This document shows, piece by piece, positions 1 through 14,611 of a stretch of 64,000 nt of DNA. Positions within the stretch are counted from its first letter, which is position 1; each line of letters starts with the position of its first letter. This DNA comes from Eledone cirrhosa (lineage: Eukaryota), in contig OZ024742.1 in the NCBI GenBank assembly GCA_964016885.1, positions 230,516,001 through 230,580,000 of the forward strand, written 5' to 3'. Position numbers and translations under genes: made by a program. Below the pieces are notes generated by a model. That model did no database searches, had not been told where the DNA came from, and saw only the letters and a program-made list of their open reading frames with translations.

Positions 1-439
1 TACATTATTCGGCACGTTTTAAACTGACGATGCAATAAATATAAAGTGAACAGCACTTCACACTCTTTCTGAAAGAGAATTCTCTACGATATTCACGGTG
101 ATATTATATTCTTGATTGTAATGAATATCGTGAAGACTACATTAAGTAGTCTATTAGTGTCTACTAACCCGAAATATAGACAATTTCTATTCTCAGTCTG
201 CTTCAGAAATTTGGAATAGAAGCCAACATATTAAACAATTAGAAAATTAAAAAATACTTTTCTACTTTTGATAAAAACTATTAAGCCGGTACTTATTCTG
301 CGATACCACAGTGTTTATATTATTTTTAAAAAGTGTTTAGATTTATCTAAAATGTCCGGTGAATTGGCACATTAGATAAAGCGTCAGATAGAATGCTATT
401 CATTCTGCCTCTATGTCTTTCATCAACAGCATGATGATG

Positions 440-640
440 ATCATCATCATCGTTTAACGTCCATCTTCCACGCTAGGATGGGTTAGACGGTTTTGTTCCA
501 TTTGATGTGAGATTAGTCGGGAGACCGTGTCTCACTCGTACAGAAGTGTCTCTAGCTGGTTTTCTACGGCTAGATGCCCTTCCTAACACCAACCACTTTT
601 AGAATGTGGACAGGGAATCTTTTTACCGTGTCTCCTACAC
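440..640 (-). mobile_element. Degenerate SINE/LINE-tail-derived interspersed repeat with (CAT)n tail
   Basis: (CAT)n followed by cgtttaacgtccatcttcca and ctacggctagatgcccttcctaacaccaacc; resembles a widespread invertebrate SINE central domain (recalled, not searched). Confidence 0.55.
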
Positions 641-1546
641 AACCACCTTACGGTGTGAACTGAGTGCTTTTCGTTGTGTCACCGACAGAGTGGACGGAAA
701 TTGGAAGATGGGGGAGGGTGTATGAGGTGGGGTGTATATTGGGTTAAGAGGTGCCTACTGACTGGAGGTTTATATGCAAGGGAAGGCGGGTCTTCTGTAC
801 AACTGCATGGCGTCAGTGCAAATCTCGCCGGGGTCAACTTTAGATTTTTCCTCTACATCTTTTTCTGAAACGAAACCACATACCAACTTGAAAGCAAAAA
901 TCAGAGCCATTTTACCTCGATTAGAAAATATTATTTTTATTATTGTCGTTACCCTCAAAGCTTATTGATTTTAGCGACGTCATCATCGTCGTCATTTTTG
1001 TTGTTGTTGTCATTGTTATTCTAGTTGTTGTTATCGACGTCTAATGTCATTTGTCAACTTCATCATTGTTTCCAGATGTGAGATCTATTTAAAAACAAAA
1101 AAATCTTTATAGTTGTAAATACTAGGTTATTTTTTTCCAACTTCCTTTCTACCGTATGTTTATCCTCGGAGATATTCAACCTGTGGAAGGAAATTGAATA
1201 GAATCTCTGATAAGCAACGATAGCATATAACAATAAACGAAAAAATTATACTAATAAACTAATATCTTTAATTGAAGGTTATCGATATTTTATTACCATT
1301 CAATTTCCTTCACACACAGAAAACCCCGAATTCCCAGACATATTGTAGCACTCATTAATGAACATACAGTTTATACGTATGTAAGTGTGTATATATATGG
1401 AAACAGCTGTGAATATAAGCAGTGTGTGTGTTTGCGTGTGTGTGTGTGTGTATGTATGTGTACGTATAAAAATAGATATATATGTGTGCACACGAAATAC
1501 ATGCAGGCAGAAACACAATACATTTGTAACACACACACACACACAT

Positions 1547-1652
<106 letters not shown>

Positions 1653-2027
1653 ATGTATGTGCATGTGCCTGTGCGTGTGTGTATTATATCATTTTGGACT
1701 CTTTAAATAGGCATTCATTAAAATGTATGAAATCCATAAGGAAGGAATACATCGTAATGGATGCAAAGGAGAAAGATGTAAATGTTTCAACCAATACAAT
1801 CTCAAGCCGCATACGATCAAAAGGAGTTGTGGAACTAAATAAATTAAAAGACATAAGATTTCATATATAAATAAAGCCAGTCCTGTAATTCAAATCATAT
1901 TCATTCGACTGCTGGTAAAACCAAAAAAATATTACTGTAAGCAATCTACTAACCTTAAAATTGTATAATTATTTGTAGTCCACGTAGAAGATTTTATTTT
2001 CATTCGCTTCTACGTTTAATATCTATG

Positions 2028-2412
2028 TTCTTCTGGTTTTATAATTTCACAAAGTTTTACCAATAGAGAGAGAGTCGGTTTCTAACATAGACACAAGTCT
2101 CTCTCATTGGAATTTACACAACATCACTAGGTAGATATGTATGTGTGCATGCATGTGTAGATATGGATGTTATTGTATGTGTGGATGTGTACGTTTTGAG
2201 TTGTATGTGTGCATTGTATATGCTTTGTATCTGTACATGTGTATATGCAGTTATTAGATGCAACATTTTTGGAATGTTTTATTTATTTTTACTGTTCCAT
2301 TAATGGATTATACTTGTAGTTTCCTAACTAGTTGTGTTCTTTCTGTTCCTGTGAAGCCTAGCTTCTCAAGATTTGTATTGAGGCAGTTAGTAACATATCC
2401 CAGTGCTCCAAG
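2028..2412 (-). mobile_element. R4/Dong-like non-LTR retrotransposon 3' end (restriction-like endonuclease C-terminus plus 3' UTR), copy A
   Basis: Minus strand reads LGALGYVTNCLNTNLEKLGFTGTERTQLVRKLQV*SINGTVKINKTF, alignable to ORF 3554..3862; 5' side abuts (CATA)n; ends ...ccagaagaa-cata. Confidence 0.7.
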
Positions 2413-2512
2413 TATGTATGTATGTATGTATGTATGTATGTATGTATGTATGTATGTATGTATGTATGTATGTATGTATGTATGTATGTATGTATGTGTG
2501 TATGTATGTATG

Positions 2513-2647
2513 TTCTTCTAGTTGTGTTCTTTCTGTTCCTGTGAAGCCCAGCTTCTCAAGATTTGTATTGAGGCAGTAAACAAAGATACCCCAGTGCCCT
2601 TATAATTACAGGCATAAATCTGAAGGTGTAATCAGGGTGGTGCATCT
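2513..2647 (-). mobile_element. R4/Dong-like fragment, copy B (internally deleted)
   Basis: QMHHPDYTFRFMPVIIRALGY then frameshift CLNTNLEKLGFTGTERTQL; about 60 bp nearly identical to copy A; joined directly to terminal gaagaa; flanked by (CATA)n on both sides. Confidence 0.7.
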
Positions 2648-2692
2648 GTATGTATGTATGTATGTATGTATGTATGTATGTATGTATGTATA

Positions 2693-2926
2693 AAAGCTTC
2701 ACGGCACAGGCATTGCTTTATATCTGGAGATCTCTCTGCACTTGTCGTCACATGGTACCAGGGGCCCAGCACTATGTGTCAATAATTGTCACAAGTGTAG
2801 TGTTTGTACCAGAGTTTTCAAGTCGCTGGCTGGACTAAAACGTCACACTCGTTCAGCCCATCGGTAGGGGTTCTCCTACATGGATATAAAGTAGTGGCCG
2901 TACTCGAAAACGAGTTGGCAGCCACT
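2693..2926 (+). mobile_element. RTE-like retroelement 3' end with C2H2 zinc finger
   Basis: Encodes [22 protein letters not shown]; terminal gtactcgaaaacgagttggcagccac; closely similar copy at 18996-19211 (-). Confidence 0.7.
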
Positions 2927-2990
2927 ATGTATGTATGTATGTATGTACGTACGTATGTATGTACGTATGTATGTATGCATGCATGTATGT

Positions 2991-3420
2991 CAGGTTGCTC
3001 TCGAGTGCTATTAGTAACATGTAACCCAGTACAACCTGCCTCATGGTCCGGTCGTCGGCAACTAAACCGGCAAACCCACCAAGCCTGCTTGGTGAGGTGG
3101 GTGATATTTGGACACCATGCGTGATGAAATATGAGAACCGGCAAAGGGCGGAGGAACTCAGCAGAGCCAATGGGCATCCAAATAGTACCTTTTTTTCCAC
3201 TCACCTGGGAGTGAAACGCCCCCAGTTCTTGTCACAAACCTTTCTAAGAGAGGGAAACTCTGAAAAAAAACCTGCGGCTTCGGAAGCATCTGATGATGTT
3301 GACCTTTTCGGGAAGTGTTTTTGATGCTCAGAGAGTGGGATTGGTCGAGTGCAAGGCCTTTACCATATTCTGTAATCTGACAAGCGATTACAATACTCTT
3401 AGCGGAGTTTACAGCCATCA
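2991..3420 (+). mobile_element. Probable non-autonomous RTE-type element in (TATG)n
   Basis: GC-richer insert bounded by TATG repeats; 3' end atactc-ttagcg-gag-ttta-cagccatca matches the terminal motif at 2901-2926 and 21608-21635. Confidence 0.45.
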
Positions 3421-3474
3421 CGTATGTATGTATGTATGTATGTATGTATGTATGTATGTATGTATGTATGTATG

Positions 3475-3861
3475 TCTCTTCCTCTTAATTTCGAGTATTT
3501 TTTTTTTGACCGGCCACCTTCCTAGTGGCAAGGTTGTAAAAGAAAAGAAATTGTCATCCTTTGAATCGCAAGAATGTTTTGCAAATTTTGAAGGTGCCAG
3601 CTATCGCAGCCATTTGTAGACTATGAATTAGGGAGCTGCGCTTTTTGTCCGCAAATCCAAGTTCAGTCATACTTTGGTCCAAGCGGGTTGGTATATAACC
3701 CGTAGCTCCAATAATGATGGGTATGAAGCTAAAGGTGTATCTTGCATACTGCATTTGTAAACTCCTCATCAATGGTCCATAGATGTCCTCCTTCTCCTGT
3801 ATTTTTCTGACAACGTTTACATCAAGCGGGCAGCTGATCTCCACAACAGAACACGTTTTCA
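3475..3861 (-). mobile_element. R4/Dong-like non-LTR retrotransposon 3' end, copy C (diverged subfamily)
   Basis: ORF 3554..3862 has CSVVEISCPLDVNVVRKIQEKEDIY...PIIIGATGYI...LQMAAIAGTFKICK, matching the REL endonuclease C-terminal pattern; flanked by (CATA)n on both sides. Confidence 0.8.
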
Positions 3862-3973
3862 ATGTATGTATGTATGTATGTATGTATGTATGTATGTATG
3901 TATGTATGTATGTATGTATTTATATATGTATGTGTAAGCTTGCGTGAATGCGTGTATGTTTGTGGGTATATGT

Positions 3974-4049
<76 letters not shown>

Positions 4050-4538
4050 TTAAATGGTATATAATGATTTGAAACACTTAGAATTGTTTTACTGGATATG
4101 GATAATTATTCTAGTAAATTACAAAATAAAAGTGTATCTCTATAATCGATGACAATTCTCTGCGAGTTATCTATTTACTAACTACAATAATATATAAAAC
4201 AACATATTTAATTTAGTGATCATTCAAGATGATTTGAAGTTTCTTTACAGAAGATTCAATATATATTTTTCCAATCTAGTGATGGCAGCTGTATTACAAG
4301 AGTAGTATGATCTAGTAAAGTAAATTTGGCTGTGAAGCAAATTCTATCTTCAGTTTATTTTCTTTAAAAACCGCTAATCTTCTTGTTTCATACATAAAAG
4401 AGAGACGCCTATTTCAGATTGTCTAGTATAGACACATTTTATGATTTGCAAAATAACTTCAACTTATCTGCGAGAATCGATGTCTCATTAGACAATAGAT
4501 AAATTCTATATGTGTTTCGGCCATTATATATATATAAG

Positions 4539-4584
<46 letters not shown>

Positions 4585-4892
4585 GCCTCAGTCGGATGGC
4601 TGGAAAAACTAAAAGAATAAAAGAGTATATATATATGTCTGTGTGTGTGTGTCTCAATATAGGTATTTTAAGCTGTGATCATGTTACAGATATCTCAGTA
4701 ACTATGTAAACGCAAGACACTGGAGTTTGGGGATTTTAAATCCTTCATCATAGTGGATATTTACTCACTCCGTACTAAAATTAGAATATAATATACAATA
4801 TACATTTTCCCTATAAAACATCTGCTGGAGATGATCATTTGCATACAGAACAAGCTGGGTGCTCCGAAGGAAGAAATGTGAAGCAAAGATAA

Positions 4893-5070
4893 CTGTTTCT
4901 ACTTTAGGCACAAGGCCAGCAATTACCCAGTGCATTACTGGTACTTTATTTTATCGACCCCGTAAGGATGAAAGGCAAAGTCAACCTCGGCGGGATTTGA
5001 ACTCAGATCGTAAAGGGACGTAACTATGCTGGAAAGCATGGCGTCCGACCCTCTACCGATACTGCCAATC
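4893..5070 (-). mobile_element. tRNA-derived SINE (main family, short variant)
   Basis: A box tggcagtatcggt, B box gagttcaaatcc, core gcctttcatccttacggggtcgataaaataaagtaccag (Meta-SINE-like); at least 16 copies in the window. Confidence 0.9.
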
Positions 5071-5409
5071 AAGATAACCTGGGCTAGATCTCTCATCTGA
5101 ACATAAAGTAGGATTATTAAGTAACGCGTAGCAGTTTGTCGAACGTTCTAATAATTGCTTTGAATTTAGGCACATGTCAACCAATCTCAGAAAGGGATTA
5201 TATGAATCCCAGTACTTAGTATATTTTATTAAACTTTGAAGGAGGGAAAGATACATTTGAGGTCAGTATTAATTAGTCTCAGGATGTAAATAGCCATAAA
5301 TAAATGTCGGGATTGATTTTGTTCGGTACTTTAACGATTCTGCCAAAATGAGTTCAATTGTATAGCAGTTATGTAATGATTTCTCAATAGTTAAATCAAC
5401 CTTAGTTTG

Positions 5410-5540
5410 TTACTGGTACTATATTTTATTGAGCCTGTAAGGATGAAAGGCAAAGCGAATCTCAGTGGGATTTGAACTGAGAACGTAAGGGTACGTAAAT
5501 CTATACCGCAAAATATATTGTCCAACGCTCTGCCAATATG
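5410..5540 (-). mobile_element. tRNA-derived SINE, degenerate copy
   Basis: gtaaggatgaaaggcaaag...gggatttgaact similar to 4893-5070. Confidence 0.75.
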
Positions 5541-5955
5541 ACCAATCTGTCGCCCTTGTATGCCAGTAACATAACACAATCAGTCTAGTGGAAGAGGCCA
5601 CTCAGCTAAAATAAATGTACTAGTGAAACCAAATCTGAGGGAATCAATATTCTACAACAGAAAATAACAAATAAATACAGTTTGAGAAAATATGTCGTTA
5701 CGGATTGTTGGTATTTAAACGATGTCTATGACATTGGGTCTTTCAAGTTCTTCTTGACTTGCTAAACAAATTTCAATGTAGCTCTGATTAGGTCAAGCGT
5801 ATATTTCCTTTAAAGTTTGATACACATAAAAGCATACATATAAAAATATTTCCATACACTGTAAAGTATAAAACCACACGCACAAACACATACACACGCA
5901 AATGCAAACACACAAACATAGGCACACAACAAAAACATAAATATAAATGCATAAA

Positions 5956-6013
<58 letters not shown>

Positions 6014-6374
6014 TCGTGTGTGTATGTATGTGTGTGTGTGTGTGTGTGTTCACGCCCCACCTCCCACCAATCACCGAAGTTCTAAATGGTTCTTTAGAAT
6101 GTTAACTGACAATCTCTACTCTGCTGAAATTTACTGATTTCTTAATCAGTTAATTTAGTTAATGTTTGAGCGTTGTGTGTGCGTGTGCATATAAGATGCT
6201 CTTGTGATTATTGTTGATGTGACCGTTGTTGATGTGATTGATGTTGGTGTATCTGCAAATGAGGTCGTACATGTCAGCTCAAGCGACTTGACGTACACCT
6301 TCTCTGCACCCCATCACAAAAACATTGAAATTAACCTAATGTGCCCACACACAGACCAGGCTATTTGTAAGGAG

Positions 6375-6406
<32 letters not shown>

Positions 6407-6702
6407 GAAGGAGACAGAGAGAGAGGAGGGGAGCGAGAGGGAGCGATGAATAGATAGATAGTGTATATGTTTTGATTTGAGCCCAAATGTCGATAATGGA
6501 GCATATCGATAATGGAGTCAGGACTATCTCACCGGTAATGACCTCGAGCCAATGATTTGTGAAACATATGTTCCATATGCAATAAAAACATGTTAATAAT
6601 ATGCACACTGATAGAACATCGAGTGCTTATTTTGCTGCTACTTCCAGTAATAAAAAAAATGTACTGAATATTTCTCTCTTTCTCTCTCTGTCTTTCACTT
6701 TC

Positions 6703-8023
<1,321 letters not shown>

Positions 8024-8409
8024 TGGGCGTACGTGTGCATTGATGTATCTTTATCGATGTGTATATGAATATATGTGTCTGTATGCGTGTGAGTATACGT
8101 ATAGGTACCTTTCATTCTTTATATTCCATTCTTTATAAACGCTTCAGATTTTATGGATACATTAATAGACATACTTTAATAGACATTTAAAATACATTAA
8201 AAACGTTATTATAGGAGTTTGTTTTAATTCGATTTCATCGCGTATCATAGAATGGTGTAAAATTAAATTGTAAAATGTTGAGAATGTATTACATTATTAG
8301 ACGTTGTAATTAGATCAGTGAACTCTATGCATGGTATTGAGCAGTAAGTTTACCACAGTTTACGAACAAATTTCAAACATAAACAGAAACATACAAATAT
8401 ATATATATA

Positions 8410-8838
<429 letters not shown>

Positions 8839-8844
8839 CATTTA

Positions 8845-8885
<41 letters not shown>

Positions 8886-9069
8886 GGGAGAGATGCAAAC
8901 ACACACACCGACAATTGTTTACTGGGTGTCTTGACGCTAATTACTTTATAATCACCCTGGCTGGATATACCGTTACTGCTGCGGATAATGACGTGTTGGT
9001 CACGGCATTAATATCATTAACATTCTAACTCAGTCAAATTCCATGGTTACATACATATATATATACACA

Positions 9070-9153
<84 letters not shown>

Positions 9154-10269
9154 AGAATGCATGCATGCATGCCAGCTTATATGCATAAACACATTCATAG
9201 AAACATACATACATTCATAATACATTCATACACACACCTTCAGTTAGAAGATGGAAGACACGAAAAAATGAATGAGCAGGAAAGTATGAATTCCTGTATA
9301 AAATGTTATATAAATGTGTGAATATGCATATGAATTATTGATTACTATATACGTTATCAATATAAATTCTTTGGTAGTTTTTGCAAACATGCTTTACAGC
9401 AAACAGCCCACGATTTTATAGTTCAATTATATAACACGATACATTTCAACTATGTAGTCGATAATGCATATGAGTAAGAGGTGTTTTATTCCAATTGTTA
9501 ATTTGCACATTAAACATGCTATTAGAGTTTCTTTGCCTTGCACATTCAATTATGATACACATACGTTCACAGTGGGTTTATAAAATTTATAGCTTTGCTG
9601 ATATTCCTTATTGTTTTCAGGTTATTGATCATGTGTATATTAATGTACATTTTATTACTGTTGTCGTCGTAGATGTTGTAGTTGTTGTTGTTTTAACATT
9701 TTGCGTCATTTTGTAATTCCCCTTTATATACTAGTAATACATAGTTTGAACTTCAATTTTCCATCGACCTTAAATAGCTGTTTACTGCGTAAGAGTTTAT
9801 AACGCTGCAAGATTTTCCCATTTGACTACGCAAACCCTCTGTATTGTGAGGTTGAAGGATTATTATAAAATAATTTGAAATAAATCTGAAAGCATGGAAA
9901 GTAACACATACCTAATGTTTGGTTATATTTAATTGCTGCAATAACTCACCTGTGCAATCATTTTGGTATGAGTGCTACAAATTTCATGATGTGCCAATCT
10001 CAAATATATCCCTTAGGTATACACACGCCTCATTTATCACAATGCGTTCAACGGATATGACAACATGTTAAAATATAAGCTCTTGCATTACTTTATTCTA
10101 TTATGCACAAATATTTTTATTGCTACATGTCAATTATCTCACAAATGTTCACCCAGCGAGTTATACAATTTTCCTTTACAATTTGTAACAGGCACAAAAA
10201 TGAATTAATTTTGCTTGCTTAATAATTTAGTAAAGTATAGTTTATTACTATTATTAATATTATTATAGA

Positions 10270-10640
10270 TCGGACGTCATGCTTTGCAGCATAGAGTTAC
10301 AGCCTTTTATGATCTGAGTTCAAATTCCGCCGCGGTAAACTTTGCCTTTCATCCTTACGGGGTCGATAAATTAAAGTTCCAATAATACACTGGGATAATT
10401 GCTGGCCTTGTGCCAAAAGTAGAAACAATTATTAATATTATTATAGTGTCAGACACTATGTTTTGCATCATAGAGTCATAACCCTTTACGTTCTGAGATC
10501 AAATCCAGCCGAGGTTAGCTTTGCCTTTTATCCTTACGGGGGTGATGAAATAAAGCACCAGAAATGCACTGGGGTCGATTTAATCGAATTTCCCCTTCCA
10601 CCAAGTTGTTGGCCGTGTGCTTAAATCAGAAACCATTATT
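10270..10640 (+). mobile_element. Two tandem tRNA-derived SINE copies (short 10270-10430, long 10446-10640)
   Basis: B box, Meta-like core and gctggccttgtgcc...gaaacaattatt tail, each present twice. Confidence 0.9.
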
Positions 10641-10701
10641 AATATTTTCATACATACACACATACAAACATACATACAACTATACACACACACATATACA
10701 C

Positions 10702-10755
<54 letters not shown>

Positions 10756-10946
10756 CATGTATCAATTGTCAATATATATGTATAGTAAATTATAAGCAGA
10801 ATCTGTCTCGTGTAGTGTTTGAGTTATTCTGTAGACAATTTTACCATTCCATATAAAAACAAACAACATAGAAAGATATTCAGTATATATAACTATATAT
10901 GATGTCATCATGTATTTAAACATGTTCGTTCTCTTTTGTTTTCCAG

Positions 10947-10987
10947 CTGACTAATACGGGAAAAAACATTATTCGAAATATTTTAAG
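10947..10987 (+). other. Candidate 41-nt internal exon of an unidentified host transcript
   Basis: Strong acceptor ctcttttgttttccag and donor AAG|gtaaga; open in one frame (LTNTGKNIIRNIL). Confidence 0.35.
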
Positions 10988-11931
10988 GTAAGAACAAATT
11001 TCCTACTTGCAATATAATTTATCTTAACTAATCTTAAAAATGTATATTTTGTAAATCCTGAAAAGAAAAAATGTAAGAATTTCGAAGCACGGCATTTCAA
11101 ATATTCTGATAAAAAAATTGCTACAACGCCACGTGTCAATTATTCTGTTTATTATTAATACACGATATAAAATATTTTACTCATAAATCTTTGAAATAAA
11201 ATTTATATTTTATATTAATATTTCGATCGTAAATACCATTTTCAAGAAACGTATAAATTATAACTAGGAAGTCATTTGTCGTTTTAACTCTTCAATTCGG
11301 GAGCCTCATTTTGTCGATGTTCTTTTTTCGATGGCTCTATTAAATAATGTGATGAGAACAATAACTGTTCACCATGAAATTATTTTAATTCAACAATTTG
11401 TGCTTTGTTTCTTTCGAATGTTTTATAAAGTATTCAGTACTCTCCTGTTCCTATAGTATCAAGACATTTCCTGTGTGTGCTCTGTTTGTGAATCGTCAAC
11501 ATTTGCCAAGCTAGAGATAAAAATAAACATATCTATATAAAATATTCATCAGTTTCCCGAGATTCTCGAGTCAGACGGTGACCTTAGGATTTGTCTTTGC
11601 ACTATTGAATCTATAATTAATCGATGCATCTCAAACAAAAGAGTAAAATCGATTTCTCTCTATTATTGTTGTTATTAGATCTAGGTCAATGTAAATGAAA
11701 ATAAATAGGCGTATAGTCAAAGACGAGCCAGCCGTGACCGTATTTGTTATTCAGACATAATGAACACTTGAATGGTCTTTGGGGGCTTTCCGCAGATTCC
11801 ACCGTTGCAAATATTCGGTTCATATCTTCAGTCTGAAGATTAAGTTTCACTGTCCTCTTACCCGTCTTGGAGACCTTGGAGATTGTCATGTATACCGTCC
11901 CTTCCACCCCTGCCTAAGTGCCTAAGTTACT

Positions 11932-11968
<37 letters not shown>

Positions 11969-12321
11969 AATTATGTATGCATGTATTTATGTATCTATGA
12001 ATGTATATATATATGTATATATATATTGGAAAACGTGTGAAATCCTTGCTAGAGTTAGGTATATTTAGAAAAAGGAAAATAATGACATCACTTGTAGTTC
12101 TAAACAATTCGATTTAATTTTATAATATAATTGTTTGTTAGATCTAATAAGTTATTTGTTAACTTCGGTGGGAAGAATTTTAAAGATTCCTGGTCAATTT
12201 TCCTGGAGAACTTTCTCGCATTCATCGGTGGTGATTGTCAAACTGAGATCAGTTTGGCAATGGCCACCGACGAATATAGCTGTCGAAACGGCCGGAGCTC
12301 AGCCGTTGGGGTCCTGACTCT

Positions 12322-12367
<46 letters not shown>

Positions 12368-12371
<4 letters not shown>

Positions 12372-12585
12372 TTATTAAAATAACAGATTAAAGTTTAAGC
12401 AAAGAATCGCTGCTTTCACCCTTAACGGGATGTTCTGAAACTAACAAAGTCAATATGTAAACGCAGAAGGGAATATTTCAAAAAACGTTGCAACCGGAGG
12501 ATTTGCTCTACGGTTCTTATATATTTGATATATATTTATCCTTATCGAGCCCTCTTTGGATTTTAGTCTTCAAATTTATTATTAT

Positions 12586-12590
<5 letters not shown>
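12368..12590. mobile_element. TA-inserted two-armed non-coding element (PLE pseudo-LTR type)
   Basis: 12368-12498 is the reverse complement of 55235-55364; 12505-12590 is colinear with 55368-55452; (TA)n on both sides. Confidence 0.8.
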
Positions 12591-12637
<47 letters not shown>

Positions 12638-12925
12638 TATGTTAGTCTGAATTTCAAGTGGTAAGTTTTGAGGTATAATTCAAAGCAATTATCATACCAA
12701 CTCATGAATCTGCACGAAGACTCGTCCTCTCGTCGGTTCGTTTATGTAGATTAGGACTGAACCTGAAAACACAGGGCTGTTCCCTCACGAACCTATACTG
12801 TGAAACTTTCAAAGCAAATCTCTAAATAACTCCCACCTCTTCATTAATTCGCTTGTTCTAGTCCATTGTATGCGGCCATGCTGCAGCATCAGTATATACG
12901 TTTTCTTTGCGGCACATATATATAA

Positions 12926-13040
12926 GGCGCATGGCTGAGTGGTTAGAGAATTGGATTCGCAATCGTGAGGTTGTGAGTTCGATTCCCGGACCGGGCGATG
13001 CGTTATGTCCTTGGGCAAGACACTTTATTTCACGTTGCTC
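12926..13040 (+). mobile_element. tRNA-derived SINE, second family (CORE/V-like body)
   Basis: A box tggctgagtgg, B box gagttcgattccc, then gtccttgggcaagacacttta; no 3' acceptor stem, so not a tRNA gene. Confidence 0.8.
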
Positions 13041-14038
13041 CTTCTACCTGGAGTTGCGACCGATAGATAGTATTAGCAATTGGAAAGACCAACGGAAACA
13101 TTGTTTCCTCGGTCCGATTTGACGAAAGTCAATTCGATAGAAAATATATATAACAAAGGAGAAAAGTTGTTGAAATATAACATTTTCAATATTTGATTAC
13201 TGTAGAGCCATTAGTTTGTTTACATTTCACATGAAGAAGAAACTTTTATATTGGAGTTAAGATTGAAGAATCAATACTGGCACCAGTGACATTTATGTGT
13301 TCATAAAGAACGTGCTACAAGTGGCCATCACTCATAAAAAAAATCAAATAGATGTTGTTGCTTTTTGCTGTCCATAAATACATTAAGGAGAAACAATATT
13401 CTTGACACGAATTCAACCATGAAGAAATAAAAAGAAATTAATGTTCTTTTAAAATGTTTCTTTCTCTTAATTGTTATGAGTTAATAACCGGTTGCTTCTG
13501 ACATGAATCGTTCGTCATAAAGGAACCGCAATTAGATAGCGTGCAAAAACAAAGATCCACTACAGAGTTCATAAATTTTCATTTCACAAGCAACAGCAAA
13601 CGATTACTGTGTGAACTTTACAAATAATTACAATTTAGAAAGTCTAGTGAAAAGTAGGACGGCTAACCATAATAGTATACTGGCAATATTTATACATAAG
13701 CTATTATTAAAACGAGGTGTTTATTTACAGTATAGAAATAGTTAGTTACATATTTTGTGTAAGTTGTCATATAAAGATTAAAACAGCGAAATTCTTTTAA
13801 AATAGTTAGAAACATTAGTGACAATTTAGTTGTAATAAGGTTGCTGTATGTGAATTTTAGTACATTAATACACACACACCCGCATTAACATATAAGGTTA
13901 TATATAGTGCGATGTGTGGTGGGTAATTTACTCGTCCATACCTTGAAGTTTCATTCTTCTAGACATTATTCAGCTAGTTTAAAATCAACTAGCAACTGTT
14001 CTTTTATTATTTTGGAGAATACTCTGCCTATAATATAT

Positions 14039-14206
14039 TACCGTGTTTCTGGGCATCGAAGGTAGCTACTTTTCCCCTAAAATAAGTCTCAAAAATCTAC
14101 CTTGCGTCCTGGAGATCAAATGTTGTTTATTATTTTTTTTTCAAATTTTTGGTTGTCAAAATTAGGGTGCGTCCTCGAGGACGAAGCGTCTTCGGCGCCG
14201 GGAAAT
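14039..14206. mobile_element. pogo/Tc1-mariner-type MITE remnant
   Basis: Starts taccgtgtttct; subterminal aaaattagggtgcgtcct motif; imperfect terminal inverted similarity to gccgggaaat. Confidence 0.5.
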
Positions 14207-14538
14207 TTATCCTATCAAAAAGTATGCCAAACTAGGATATAGATCTCACCTCAACTATACTTTATACTATCCTTACTGTTGCGTGGAACAGGAGAAAGCA
14301 CTAAAACACAATTAATATGTTGACACTTTCCCCACGACTGTACATCAGGAATGTAATATGAAAGCAGAGAGACTAAAACACAATTAATACCTTCACTACT
14401 ATAATATGCTAAATAGATATTTTACAAGTGTATCTTTACATATGTATGAACTTTCATTTTTTTATCGATTTCAGCTTATATATATATGTGTGTGTGTGTG
14501 CGTGTGTGTGTGTGTGTTGTGTATGTGTGTGTGTTTGC

Positions 14539-14611
<73 letters not shown>

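Noticed and set aside
1723-1842. Cys-containing peptide GCKGERCKCF as a transposase CXC tail
   Set aside because: Too short and the cysteine pattern is incomplete; could be chance.
2993-3070. HDV-like ribozyme at the 5' end of the RTE-type insert
   Set aside because: A P1-like pairing (ggttgct/ggcaact) exists, but I could not build P1.1, L3 or P2 consistently.
11686-11907. 73-aa ORF as a host exon
   Set aside because: No recognisable domain and weak splice context; it abuts a TA tract like the other inserted repeats.
12926-13000. tRNA gene
   Set aside because: A and B boxes are present but there is no matching 3' acceptor stem or poly-T terminator, and it continues into a SINE body.
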